The notes under the pieces were generated by a model. It ran no database searches, was not told the DNA's origin, and was given only the letters and a program-made list of their open reading frames with translations. From Eledone cirrhosa (Eukaryota): a stretch of DNA of 64,000 bases. The position numbers were made by a program, and so were the translations under genes. The DNA lies in contig OZ024741.1 of the NCBI GenBank assembly GCA_964016885.1, positions 400,582,001 to 400,646,000 on the forward strand. Reading direction: 5' to 3'. How positions within the stretch are numbered: position 1 is the stretch's first letter; every line of letters begins with the position of its first letter. This document shows positions 1 through 15,000 of this stretch, piece by piece.

Positions 1-3000
1 TAAACCCTATCTCTAACTCTAAAGAAACCTAAACCTAACTCTAAATTAAACCCTATCTCTAACTCTAAAGAAACCTTAACCTAACTCTAAATTAAACCCT
101 ATCTCTAACTCTAAAGAAACCTAAACCTAACTCTAAATTAAACCCTATCTCTAACTCTAAAGAAACCTAAACCTAACTCTAAATTAAACCCTATCTCTAA
201 CTCTAAAGAATCCTAAACCTAACTCTAAATTAAACCCTATCTCTAACTCTAAAGAAACCTAAACCTAACTCTAAATTAAACCCTATCTCTAACTCTAAAG
301 AAACCTAAACCTAACTCTGAATTAAACCCTATCTCTAACCCTAAAGAAACCTAAACCTAACTCTAAATTAAAACCTATCTCTAACTCTAAAGAAACCTAA
401 ACCTAACTCTAAATTAAACCCTATTTCTAACCCTAAAGAATCCTAAACCTAACTGTAAATTAAACCCTATCTCTAACTCTAAAGAAACCTAAACCTAATT
501 CTAAATTAAACCCTATATCTAACTCTAAAGAAACCTAAACCTAACTCTAAATTAAACCCTATCTCTAACTCTAAAGAAACCTAAACCTAACTCTAAATTA
601 AACCCTATCTCTAAATCTAAAGAAACCTAAACCTGACTCTAAATTAAAACCTATCTCTAACTCTAAAGAAACCTAAACCTAACTCTAAATTAAACCCTAT
701 TTCTAACCCTAAAGAAACCTAAACCTAACTCTAAATTAAACCCTATCTCTAACTCTAAAGAAACCTAAACCTAACTCTAAATTAAACCCTATCTCTAACT
801 CTAAAGTAACCTAAACCTAATTCTAAATTAAACCCTATCTCTAACTCTAAAGAAACCTAAACCTAACTCTAAATTAAACCCTATCTCTAACTCTAAAGAA
901 ACCTAAACCTAACTCTAAATTAAACCCTATCTCTAACTCTAAAGAAACCTAAACCTAACTCTAAATTAAACCCTATCTCTAACTCTAAAGAAACCTAAAC
1001 CTAACTCTAAATTAAACCCTATCTCTAACTCTAAAGAAACCTAAACCTAACTCTAAATTAAACCCTATCTCTAACTCTAAAGAATCCTAAACCTAACTCT
1101 AAATTAAACCCTATCTCTAACTCTAAAGAAACCTAAACCTAACTCTAAATTAAACCCTATCTCTAACTCTAAAGAAACCTAAACCTAACTCTGGATTAAA
1201 CCCTATCTCTAACCCTAAAGAAACCTAAACCTAACTCTAAATTAAAACCTATCTCTAACTCTAAAGAAACCTAAACCTAACTCTAAATTAAACCCTATTT
1301 CTAACCCTAAAGAAACCTAAACCTAACTCTAAATTAAACCCTATCTCTAACTCTAAAGAAACCTAAACCTAACTCTAAATTAAACCCTATCTCTAACTCT
1401 AAAGAAACCTAAACCTAACTCTAAATTAAACCCTATCTCTGACTCTAAAGAAACCTAAACCTAACTCTAAATTAAACCCTATCTCTAACTCTAAAGAAAC
1501 CTAAACCTAACTCTAAATTAAACCCTATCTCTAACTCTAAAGAAACCTAAACCTAACTCTAAATTAAACCCTATCTCTAACTCTAAAGAAACCTAAACCT
1601 AACTCTAAATTAAACCCTATCTCTAACTCTAAAGAAACCTAAACCTAACTCTAAATTAAATCCTATCTCTAAATCTAAAGAAACCTAAACCTAACTCTAA
1701 ATTAAAACCTATCTCTAACTCTAAAGAAAGCTAAACCTAACTCTAAATTAAACCCTATTTCTAACCCTAAAGAAACCTAAACCTAACTCTAAATTAAACC
1801 CTATCTCTAACTCTAAAGAAACCTAAACCTAACTCTAAATTAAACCCTATCTCTAACTCTAAAGAAACCTAAACCTAACTCTAAATTAAACCCTATCTCT
1901 AACTCTAAAGAAACCTAAACCTAACTCTAAATTAAACCCTATCTCTAACTCTAAAGAAACCTAAACCTAACTCTAAATTAAACCCTATCTCTAACTCTAA
2001 AGTAACCTAAACCTAATTCTAAATTAAACCCTATCTCTAACTCTAAAGAAACCTAAACCTAACTCTAAATTAAACCCTATCTCTAACTCTAAAGAAACCT
2101 AAACCTAACTCTAAATTAAACCCTATCTCTAAATCTAAAGAAACCTAAATCTGACTCTAAATTAAAACCTATCTCTAACTCTAAAGAAACCTAAACCTAA
2201 CTCTAAATTAAACCCTATTTCTTACCCTAAAGAAACCTAAACCTAACTCTAAATTAAACCCTATCTCTAACTCTAAAGAAACCTAAACCTAACTCTAAAT
2301 TAAACCCTATCTCTGACTCTAAAGAAACCTAAACCTAACTCTAAATTAAACCCTATCTCTAACTCTAAAGAAACCTAAACCTAACTCTAAATTAAACCCT
2401 ATCTCTAACTCTAAAGAAACCTAAACCTAACTCTAAATTAAACCCTATCTCTAACTCTAAAGAAACCTAAACCTAACTCTAAATTAAACCCTATCTCTAA
2501 CTCTAAAGAAACCTAAACCTAACTCTAAATTAAATCCTATCTCTAAATCTAAAGAAACCTAAACCTAACTCTAAATTAAAACCTATCTCTAACTCTAAAG
2601 AAACCTAAACCTAACTCTAAATTAAACCCTATTTCTAACCCTAAAGAAACCTAAACCTAACTCTAAATTAAACCCTATCTCTAACTCTAAAGAAACCTAA
2701 ACCTAACTCTAAATTAAACCCTATCACTAACTCTAAAGAAACCTAAACCTAACTCTAAATTAAACCCTATCTCTAACTCTAAAGAAACCTAAACCAAACT
2801 CTAAATTAAACCCTATCTCTAACTCTAAAGAAACCTAAACCTAACTCTAAATTAAACCCTATCTCTAACTCTAAAGAAACCTAAACCTAACTCTAAATTA
2901 AACCCTATCTCTAACTCTAAAGTAACCTAAACCTAATTCTAAATTAAACCCTATCTCTAACTCTAAAGAAACCTAAACCTAACTCTAAATTAAACCCTAT

Positions 3001-6000
3001 CTCTAACTCTAAAGAAACCTAAACCTAACTCTAAATTAAACCCTATCTCTAAATCTAAAGAAACCTAAACCTGACTCTAAATTAAAACCTATCTCTAACT
3101 CTAAAGAAACCTAAACCTAACTCTAAATTAAACCCTATTTCTAACCCTAAAGAAACCTAAACCTAACTCTAAATTAAACCCTATCTCTAACTCTAAAGAA
3201 ACCTAAACCTAACTCTAAATTAAACCCTATCTCTAACTCTAAAGTAACCTAAACCTAATTCTAAATTAAACCCTATCTCTAACTCTAAAGAAACCTAAAC
3301 CTAACTCTAAATTAAACCCTATCTCTAACTCTAAAGAAACCTAAACCTAACTCTAAATTAAACCCTATCTCTAACTCTAAAGAAACCTAAACCTAACTCT
3401 AAATTAAACCCTATCTCTAACTCTAAAGAAAACTAAACCTAACTCTAAATTAAACCCTATCTCTAACTCTAAAGAAACCTAAACCTAACTCTAAATTAAA
3501 CCCTATCTCTAACTCTAAAGTAACCTAAACCTAATTCTAAATTAAACCCTATATCTAACTCTAAAGAAACCTAAACCTAACTCTAAATTAAACCCTATCT
3601 CTAACTCTAAAGAAACCTAAACCTAACTCTAAATTAAACCCTATCTCTAACTCTAAAGAAACCTAAACCTAACTCTAAATTAAACCCTATCTCTAACTCT
3701 AAAGAAACCTAAACCTAACTCTAAATTAAACCCTATCTCTAACTCTAAAGAAACCTAAACCTAACTCTAAATTAAACCCTATCTCTAACTCTAAAGAAAC
3801 CTAAACCTAACTCTAAATTAAACCCTATCTCTAACTCTAAAGAAACCTAAACCTAACTCTAAATTAAACCCTATCTCTAACTCTAAAGAAACCTAAACCT
3901 AACTCTAAATTAAACCCTATCTCTAACTCTAAAGAAACCTAAACCTAACTCTAAATTAAACCCTATCTCTAACTCTAAAGAAACCTAAACCTAACTCTAA
4001 ATTAAACCCTATCTCTAACTCTAAAGAAACCTAAACCTAACTCTAAATTAAACCCTATCTCTAACTCTAAAGAAACCTAAACCTATCTCTAAATTAAAAC
4101 CTATCTCTAACTCTAAAGAAACCTAAACCTAACTCTAAATTAAACCCTATTTCTAACCCTAAAGAAACCTAAACCTAACTCTAAATTAAACCCTATCTCT
4201 AACTCTAAAGAAACCTAAACCTAACTCTAAATTAAACCCTATCTCTAACTCTAAAGAAACCTAAACCTAACTCTAAATTAAACCCTATCTCTAACTCTAA
4301 AGAAACCTAAACCTAACTCTAAATTAAAGCCTATCTCTAACTCTAAAGAAACCTAAACCTAACTCTAAATTAAACCCTATCTCTAACTCTAAAGAAACCT
4401 AAACCTAACTCTAAATGAAACCCTATCTCTAACTCTAAAGAAAGCTAAACCTAACTCTAAATTAAACCCTATCTCTAACTCAAAAGAAACCTAAACCTAA
4501 CTCTAAATTAAACCCTATCTCTAACTCTAAAGAAACCTAAACCTAACTCTAAATTAAACCCTATCTCTATCTCTAAAGAAACCTAAACCTAACTCTAAAT
4601 TGAACCCTATCTCTAACTCTAAAGAAACCTAAACCTAACTCTAAATTAAAACCTATCTCTAACTCTAAAGAAACCTAAACCTAACTCTAAATTAAACCCT
4701 ATCTCTAACTCTAAAGAAACTTAAGCCTAACTCTAAATTAAACCCTATCTCTAACTCTAAAGAAACCTAAACCTAACTCTAAATTAAACCGTATCTCTAA
4801 CTCTAAAGAAACCTAAACCTAACTCTAAATTAAACCCTATCTCTAACTCTAAAGAAACCTAAACCTAACTCTAAATTAAACCCAATCTCTAACCCTAAAG
4901 AAACCTAAACCTAACTCTAAATTAAACCCTATCTCTAACTCTAAAGAAACCTAAACCTAACTCTAAATTAAACCCTATCTCTAACTCTAAAGAAACCTAA
5001 ACCTAACTCTAAATTAAACCCTATTTCTTACCCTAAAGAAACCTAAACCTAACTCTAAATTAAACACTATTTCTTACCCTAAAGAAACCTAAACCTAACT
5101 CTAAATTAAACCCTATCTCTAACTCTAAAGAAACCTAAACCTAACTCTAAATTAAACCCTATCTCTAACTCTAAAGAAACCTAAACCTAACTCTAAATGA
5201 AACCCTATCTCTAACTCTAAAGAAAGCTAAACCTAACTCTAAATTAAACCCTATCTCTAACTCAAAAGAAACCTAAACCTAACTCTAAATTAAACCCTAT
5301 CTCTAACTCTAAAGAAACCTAAACCTAACTCTAAATTAAAGCCTATCTCTAACTCTAAAGAAACCTAAACCTAACTCTAAATTAAACCCTATCTCTAACT
5401 CTAAAGAAACCTAAACCTAACTCTAAATGAAACCCTATCTCTAACTCTAAAGAAAGCTAAACCTAACTCTAAATTAAACCCTATCTCTAACTCAAAAGAA
5501 ACCTAAACCTAACTCTAAATTAAACCCTATCTCTAACTCTAAAGAAACCTAAACCTAACTCTAAATTAAACCCTATCTCTATCTCTAAAGAAACCTAAAC
5601 CTAACTCTAAATTGAACCCTATCTCTAACTCTAAAGAAACCTAAACCTAACTCTAAATTAAAACCTATCTCTAACTCTAAAGAAACCTAAACCTAACTCT
5701 AAATTAAACCCTATCTCTAACTCTAAAGAAACTTAAGCCTAACTCTAAATTAAACCCTATCTCTAACTCTAAAGAAACCTAAACCTAACTCTAAATTAAA
5801 CCGTATCTCTAACTCTAAAGAAACCTAAACCTAACTCTAAATTAAACCCTATCTCTAACTCTAAAGAAACCTAAACCTAACTCTAAATTAAACCCTATCT
5901 CTAACTCTAAAGAAACCTAAACCTAACTCTAAATTAAACCCTATCTCTAACTCTAAAGAAACCTAAACCTAACTCTAAATTAAACCCTATCTCTAACTCT

Positions 6001-9000
6001 AAAGAAACCTAAACCTAACTCTAAATTAAACCCTATCTCTAACTCTAAAGAAACCTAAACCTAACTCTAAATTAAACCCTATCTCTAACTCTAAAGAAAC
6101 CTAAACCTAACTCTAAATTAAATCCTATCTCTAAATCTAAAGAAACCTAAACCTAACTCTAAATTAAAACCTATCTCTAACTCTAAAGACACCTAAACCT
6201 AACTCTAAATTAAACCCTATTTCTAACCCTAAAGAAACCTAAACCTAACTCTAAATTAAACCCTATCTCTAACTCTAAAGAAACCTAAACCTAACTCTAA
6301 ATTAAACCCTATCACTAACTCTAAAGAAACCTAAACCTAACTCTAAATTAAACCCTATCTCTAACTCTAAAGAAACCTAAACCTAACTCTAAATTAAACC
6401 CTATCTCTAACTCTAAAGAAACCTAAACCTAACTCTAAATTAAACCCTATCTCTAACTCTAAAGTAACCTAAACCTAATTCTAAATTAAACCCTATCTCT
6501 AACTCTAAAGAAACCTAAACCTAACTCTAAATTAAACCCTATCTCTAACTCTAAAGAAACCTAAACCTAACTCTAAATTAAACCCTATCTCTAAATCTAA
6601 AGAAACCTAAACCTGACTTTAAATTAAAACCTATCTCTAACTCTAAAGAAACCTAAACCTAACTCTAAATTAAACCCTATTTCTAACCCTAAAGAAACCT
6701 AAACCTAACTCTAAATTAAACCCTATCTCTAACTCTAAAGAAACCTAAACCTAACTCTAAATTAAACCCTATCTCTAACTCTAAAGTAACCTAAACCTAA
6801 TTCTAAATTAAACCCTATCTCTAACTCTAAAGAAACCTAAACCTAACTCTAAATTAAACCCTATCTCTAACTCTAAAGAAACCTAAACCTAACTCTAAAT
6901 TAAACCCTATCTCTAACTCTAAAGAAACCTAAACCTAACTCTAAATTAAACCCTATCTCTAACTCTAAAGAAACCTAAACCTAACTCTAAATTAAACCCT
7001 ATCTCTAACTCTAAAGAAACCTAAACCTAACTCTAAATTAAACCCTATCTCTAACTCTAAAGTAACCTAAACCTAACTCTAAATTAAACCCTATATCTAA
7101 CTCTAAAGAAACCTAAACCTAACTCTAAATTAAACCCTATCTCTAACTCTAAAGAAACCTAAACCTAACTCTAAATTAAACCCTATCTCTAACTCTAAAG
7201 AAACCTAAACCTAACTCTAAATTAAACCCTATCTCTAACTCTAAAGAAACCTAAACCTAACTCTAAATTAAACCCTATCTCTAACTCTAAAGAAACCTAA
7301 ACCTAACTCTAAATTAAACCCTATCTCTAACTCTAAAGAAACCTAAACCTAACTCTAAATTAAACCCTATCTCTAACTCTAAAGAAACCTAAACCTAACT
7401 CTAAATTAAACCCTATCTCTAACTCTAAAGAAACCTAAACCTAACTCTAAATTAAACCCTATCTCTAACTCTAAAGAAACCTAAACCTAACTCTAAATTA
7501 AACCCTATCTCTAACTCTAAAGAAACCTAAACCTAACTCTAAATTAAACCCTATCTCTAACTCTAAAGAAACCTAAACCTAACTCTAAATTAAACCCTAT
7601 CTCTAACTCTAAAGAAACCTAAACCTATCTCTAAATTAAAACCTATCTCTAACTCTAAAGAAACCTAAACCTAACTCTAAATTAAACCCTATTTCTAACC
7701 CTAAAGAAACCTAAACCTAACTCTAAATTAAACCCTATCTCTAACTCTAAAGAAACCTAAACCTAACTCTAAATTAAACCCTATCTCTAACTCTAAAGAA
7801 ACCTAAACCTAACTCTAAATTAAACCCTATCTCTAACTCTAAAGAAACCTAAACCTAACTCTAAATTAAAGCCTATCTCTAACTCTAAAGAAACCTAAAC
7901 CTAACTCTAAATTAAACCCTATCTCTAACTCTAAAGAAACCTAAACCTAACTCTAAATGAAACCCTATCTCTAACTCTAAAGAAAGCTAAACCTAACTCT
8001 AAATTAAACCCTATCTCTATCTCTAAAGAAACCTAAACCTAACTCTAAATTAAACCCTATATCTAACTCTAAAGAAACCTAAACCTAACTCTAAATTAAA
8101 CCCTATCTCTAACTCTAAAGAAACCTAAACCTAACTCTAAATTAAACCCTATCTCTAACTCTAAAGAAACCTAAACCTAACTCTAAATTAAACCCTATCT
8201 CTAACTCTAAAGAAACCTAAACCTAACTCTAAATTAAACCCTATCTCTAACTCTAAAGAAACCTAAACCTAACTCTAAATTAAACCCTATCTCTAACTCT
8301 AAAGAAACCTAAACCTAACTCTAAATTAAACCCTATCTCTAACTCTAAAGAAACCTAAACCTAACTCTAAATTAAACCCTATCTCTAACTCTAAAGAAAC
8401 CTAAACCTAACTCTAAATTAAACCCTATCTCTAACTCTAAAGAAACCTAAACCTAACTCTAAATTAAACCCTATCTCTAACTCTAAAGAAACCTAAACCT
8501 AACTCTAAATTAAACCCTATCTCTAACTCTAAAGAAACCTAAACCTAACTCTAAATTAAACCCTATCTCTAACTCTAAAGAAACCTAAACCTATCTCTAA
8601 ATTAAAACCTATCTCTAACTCTAAAGAAACCTAAACCTAACTCTAAATTAAACCCTATTTCTAACCCTAAAGAAACCTAAACCTAACTCTAAATTAAACC
8701 CTATCTCTAACTCTAAAGAAACCTAAACCTAACTCTAAATTAAACCCTATCTCTAACTCTAAAGAAACCTAAACCTAACTCTAAATTAAACCCTATCTCT
8801 AACTCTAAAGAAACCTAAACCTAACTCTAAATTAAAGCCTATCTCTAACTCTAAAGAAACCTAAACCTAACTCTAAATTAAACCCTATCTCTAACTCTAA
8901 AGAAACCTAAACCTAACTCTAAATGAAACCCTATCTCTAACTCTAAAGAAAGCTAAACCTAACTCTAAATTAAACCCTATCTCTAACTCAAAAGAAACCT

Positions 9001-12000
9001 AAACCTAACTCTAAATTAAACCCTATCTCTAACTCTAAAGAAACCTAAACCTAACTCTAAATTAAACCCTATCTCTATCTCTAAAGAAACCTAAACCTAA
9101 CTCTAAATTGAACCCTATCTCTAACTCTAAAGAAACCTAAACCTAACTCTAAATTAAAACCTATCTCTAACTCTAAAGAAACCTAAACCTAACTCTAAAT
9201 TAAACCCTATCTCTAACTCTAAAGAAACTTAAGCCTAACTCTAAATTAAACCCTATCTCTAACTCTAAAGAAACCTAAACCTAACTCTAAATTAAACCGT
9301 ATCTCTAACTCTAAAGAAACCTAAACCTAACTCTAAATTAAACCCTATCTCTAACTCTAAAGAAACCTAAACCTAACTCTAAATTAAACCCAATCTCTAA
9401 CCCTAAAGAAACCTAAACCTAACTCTAAATTAAACCCTATCTCTAACTCTAAAGAAACCTAAACCTAACTCTAAATTAAACCCTATCTCTAACTCTAAAG
9501 AAACCTAAACCTAACTCTAAATTAAACCCTATTTCTTACCCTAAAGAAACCTAAACCTAACTCTAAATTAAACACTATTTCTTACCCTAAAGAAACCTAA
9601 ACCTAACTCTAAATTAAACCCTATCTCTAACTCTAAAGAAACCTAAACCTAACTCTAAATTAAACCCTATCTCTGACTCTAAAGAAACCTAAACCTAACT
9701 CTAAATTAAACCCTATCTCTAACTCTAAAGAAACCTAAACCTAACTCTAAATTAAACCCTATCTCTAACTCTAAAGAAACCTAAACCTAACTCTAAATTA
9801 AACCCTATCTCTAACTCTAAAGAAACCTAAACCTAACTCTAAATTAAACCCTATCTCTAACTCTAAAGAAACCTAAACCTAACTCTAAATTAAATCCTAT
9901 CTCTAAATCTAAAGAAACCTAAACCTAACTCTAAATTAAAACCTATCTCTAACTCTAAAGACACCTAAACCTAACTCTAAATTAAACCCTATTTCTAACC
10001 CTAAAGAAACCTAAACCTAACTCTAAATTAAACCCTATCTCTAACTCTAAAGAAACCTAAACCTAACTCTAAATTAAACCCTATCACTAACTCTAAAGAA
10101 ACCTAAACCTAACTCTAAATTAAACCCTATCTCTAACTCTAAAGAAACCTAAACCTAACTCTAAATTAAACCCTATCTCTAACTCTAAAGAAACCTAAAC
10201 CTAACTCTAAATTAAACCCTATCTCTAACTCTAAAGTAACCTAAACCTAATTCTAAATTAAACCCTATCTCTAACTCTAAAGAAACCTAAACCTAACTCT
10301 AAATTAAACCCTATCTCTAACTCTAAAGAAACCTAAACCTAACTCTAAATTAAACCCTATCTCTAAATCTAAAGAAACCTAAACCTGACTTTAAATTAAA
10401 ACCTATCTCTAACTCTAAAGAAACCTAAACCTAACTCTAAATTAAACCCTATTTCTAACCCTAAAGAAACCTAAACCTAACTCTAAATTAAACCCTATCT
10501 CTAACTCTAAAGAAACCTAAACCTAACTCTAAATTAAACCCTATCTCTAACTCTAAAGTAACCTAAAGCTAATTCTAAATTAAACCCTATCTCTAACTCT
10601 AAAGAAACCTAAACCTAACTCTAAATTAAACCCTATCTCTAACTCTAAAGAAACCTAAACCTAACTCTAAATTAAACCCTATCTCTAACTCTAAAGAAAC
10701 CTAAACCTAACTCTAAATTAAACCCTATCTCTAACTCTAAAGAAACCTAAACCTAACTCTAAATTAAACCCTATCTCTAACTCTAAAGAAACCTAAACCT
10801 AACTCTAAATTAAACCCTATCTCTAACTCTAAAGTAACCTAAACCTAACTCTAAATTAAACCCTATATCTAACTCTAAAGAAACCTAAACCTAACTCTAA
10901 ATTAAACCCTATCTCTAACTCTAAAGAAACCTAAACCTAACTCTAAATTAAACCCTATCTCTAACTCTAAAGAAACCTAAACCTAACTCTAAATTAAACC
11001 CTATCTCTAACTCTAAAGAAACCTAAACCTAACTCTAAATTAAACCCTATCTCTAACTCTAAAGAAACCTAAACCTAACTCTAAATTAAACCCTATCTCT
11101 AACTCTAAAGAAACCTAAACCTAACTCTAAATTAAACCCTATCTCTAACTCTAAAGAAACCTAAACCTAACTCTAAATTAAACCCTATCTCTAACTCTAA
11201 AGAAACCTAAACCTAACTCTAAATTAAACCCTATCTCTAACTCTAAAGAAACCTAAACCTAACTCTAAATTAAACCCTATCTCTAACTCTAAAGAAACCT
11301 AAACCTAACTCTAAATTAAACCCTATCTCTAACTCTAAAGAAACCTAAACCTAACTCTAAATTAAACCCTATCTCTAACTCTAAAGAAACCTAAACCTAT
11401 CTCTAAATTAAAACCTATCTCTAACTCTAAAGAAACCTAAACCTAACTCTAAATTAAACCCTATTTCTAACCCTAAAGAAACCTAAACCTAACTCTAAAT
11501 TAAACCCTATCTCTAACTCTAAAGAAACCTAAACCTAACTCTAAATTAAACCCTATCTCTAACTCTAAAGAAACCTAAACCTAACTCTAAATTAAACCCT
11601 ATCTCTAACTCTAAAGAAACCTAAACCTAACTCTAAATTAAAGCCTATCTCTAACTCTAAAGAAACCTAAACCTAACTCTAAATTAAACCCTATCTCTAA
11701 CTCTAAAGAAACCTAAACCTAACTCTAAATGAAACCCTATCTCTAACTCTAAAGAAAGCTAAACCTAACTCTAAATTAAACCCTATCTCTAACTCAAAAG
11801 AAACCTAAACCTAACTCTAAATTAAACCCTATCTCTAACTCTAAAGAAACCTAAACCTAACTCTAAATTAAACCCTATCTCTATCTCTAAAGAAACCTAA
11901 ACCTAACTCTAAATTAAACCCTATCTCTAACTCTAAAGAAACCTAAACCTAACTCTAAATTAAAACCTATCTCTAACTCTAAAGAAACCTAAACCTAACT

Positions 12001-15000
12001 CTAAATTAAACCCTATCTCTAACTCTAAAGAAACTTAAGCCTAACTCTAAATTAAACCCTATCTCTAACTCTAAAGAAACCTAAACCTAACTCTAAATTA
12101 AACCCTATCTCTATCTCTAAAGAAACCTAAACCTAACTCTAAATTAAACCCTATCTCTAACTCTAAAGAAACCTAAACCTAACTCTAAATTAAAACCTAT
12201 CTCTAACTCTAAAGAAACCTAAACCTAACTCTAAATTAAACCCTATCTCTAACCCTAAAGAAACTTAAGCCTAATTCTAAATTAAACCCTATCTCTAACT
12301 CTAAAGAAACCTAAACCTAACTCTAAATTAAACCCTATCTCTAACTCTAAAGAAACCTAAACCTAACTCTAAATTAAACCCTATCTCTAACTCTAAAGAA
12401 ACCTAAACCTAACTCTAAATTAAACCCTATCTCTAACTCTAAAGAAACCTAAACCTAACTCTAAATTAAAGCCTATCTCTAACTCTAAAGAAACCTAAAC
12501 CTAACTCTAAATTAAACCCTATCTCTAACTCTAAAGAAACCTAAACCTAACTCTAAATGAAACCCTATCTCTAACTCTAAAGAAAGCTAAACCTAACTCT
12601 AAATTAAACCCTATCTCTAACTCAAAAGAAACCTAAACCTAACTCTAAATTAAACCCTATCTCTAACTCTAAAGAAACCTAAACCTAACTCTAAATTAAA
12701 CCCTATCTCTATCTCTAAAGAAACCTAAACCTAACTCTAAATTAAACCCTATCTCTAACTCTAAAGAAACCTAAACCTAACTCTAAATTAAAACCTATCT
12801 CTAACTCTAAAGAAACCTAAACCTAACTCTAAATTAAACCCTATCTCTAACTCTAAAGAAACCTAAACCTAACTCTAAATTAAACCCTATCTCTAACTCT
12901 AAAGTAACCTAAACCTAACTCTAAATTAAACCCTATATCTAACTCTAAAGAAACCTAAACCTAACTCTAAATTAAACCCTATCTCTAACTCTAAAGAAAC
13001 CTAAACCTAACTCTAAATTAAACCCTATCTCTAACTCTAAAGAAACCTAAACCTAACTCTAAATTAAACCCTATCTCTAACTCTAAAGAAACCTAAACCT
13101 AACTCTAAATTAAACCCTATCTCTAACTCTAAAGAAACCTAAACCTAACTCTAAATTAAACCCTATCTCTAACTCTAAAGAAACCTAAACCTAACTCTAA
13201 ATTAAACCCTATCTCTAACTCTAAAGAAACCTAAACCTAACTCTAAATTAAACCCTATCTCTAACTCTAAAGAAACCTAAACCTAACTCTAAATTAAACC
13301 CTATCTCTAACTCTAAAGAAACCTAAACCTAACTCTAAATTAAACCCTATCTCTAACTCTAAAGAAACCTAAACCTAACTCTAAATTAAACCCTATCTCT
13401 AACTCTAAAGAAACCTAAACCTAACTCTAAATTAAACCCTATCTCTAACTCTAAAGAAACCTAAACCTATCTCTAAATTAAAACCTATCTCTAACTCTAA
13501 AGAAACCTAAACCTAACTCTAAATTAAACCCTATTTCTAACCCTAAAGAAACCTAAACCTAACTCTAAATTAAACCCTATCTCTAACTCTAAAGAAACCT
13601 AAACCTAACTCTAAATTAAACCCTATCTCTAACTCTAAAGAAACCTAAACCTAACTCTAAATTAAACCCTATCTCTAACTCTAAAGAAACCTAAACCTAA
13701 CTCTAAATTAAAGCCTATCTCTAACTCTAAAGAAACCTAAACCTAACTCTAAATTAAACCCTATCTCTAACTCTAAAGAAACCTAAACCTAACTCTAAAT
13801 GAAACCCTATCTCTAACTCTAAAGAAAGCTAAACCTAACTCTAAATTAAACCCTATCTCTAACTCAAAAGAAACCTAAACCTAACTCTAAATTAAACCCT
13901 ATCTCTAACTCTAAAGAAACCTAAACCTAACTCTAAATTAAACCCTATCTCTATCTCTAAAGAAACCTAAACCTAACTCTAAATTAAACCCTATCTCTAA
14001 CTCTAAAGAAACCTAAACCTAACTCTAAATTAAAACCTATCTCTAACTCTAAAGAAACCTAAACCTAACTCTAAATTAAACCCTATCTCTAACTCTAAAG
14101 AAACTTAAGCCTAACTCTAAATTAAACCCTATCTCTAACTCTAAAGAAACCTAAACCTAACTCTAAATTAAACCCTATCTCTATCTCTAAAGAAACCTAA
14201 ACCTAACTCTAAATTAAACCCTATCTCTAACTCTAAAGAAACCTAAACCTAACTCTAAATTAAAACCTATCTCTAACTCTAAAGAAACCTAAACCTAACT
14301 CTAAATTAAACCCTATCTCTAACCCTAAAGAAACTTAAGCCTAATTCTAAATTAAACCCTATCTCTAACTCTAAAGAAACCTAAACCTAACTCTAAATTA
14401 AACCCTATCTCTAACTCTAAAGAAACCTAAACCTAACTCTAAATTAAACCCTATCTCTAACTCTAAAGAAACCTAAACCTAACTCTAAATTAAACCCTAT
14501 CTCTAACTCTAAAGAAACCTAAACCTAACTCTAAATTAAAGCCTATCTCTAACTCTAAAGAAACCTAAACCTAACTCTAAATTAAACCCTATCTCTAACT
14601 CTAAAGAAACCTAAACCTAACTCTAAATGAAACCCTATCTCTAACTCTAAAGAAAGCTAAACCTAACTCTAAATTAAACCCTATCTCTAACTCAAAAGAA
14701 ACCTAAACCTAACTCTAAATTAAACCCTATCTCTAACTCTAAAGAAACCCAAACCTAACTCTAAATTAAACCCTATCTCTATCTCTAAAGAAACCTAAAC
14801 CTAACTCTAAATTAAACCCTATCTCTAACTCTAAAGAAACCTAAACCTAACTCTAAATTAAAACCTATCTCTAACTCTAAAGAAACCTAAACCTAACTCT
14901 AAATTAAACCCTATCTCTAACTCTAAAGAAACTTAAGCCTAACTCTAAATTAAACCCTATCTCTAACTCTAAAGAAACCTAAACCTAACTCTAAATTAAA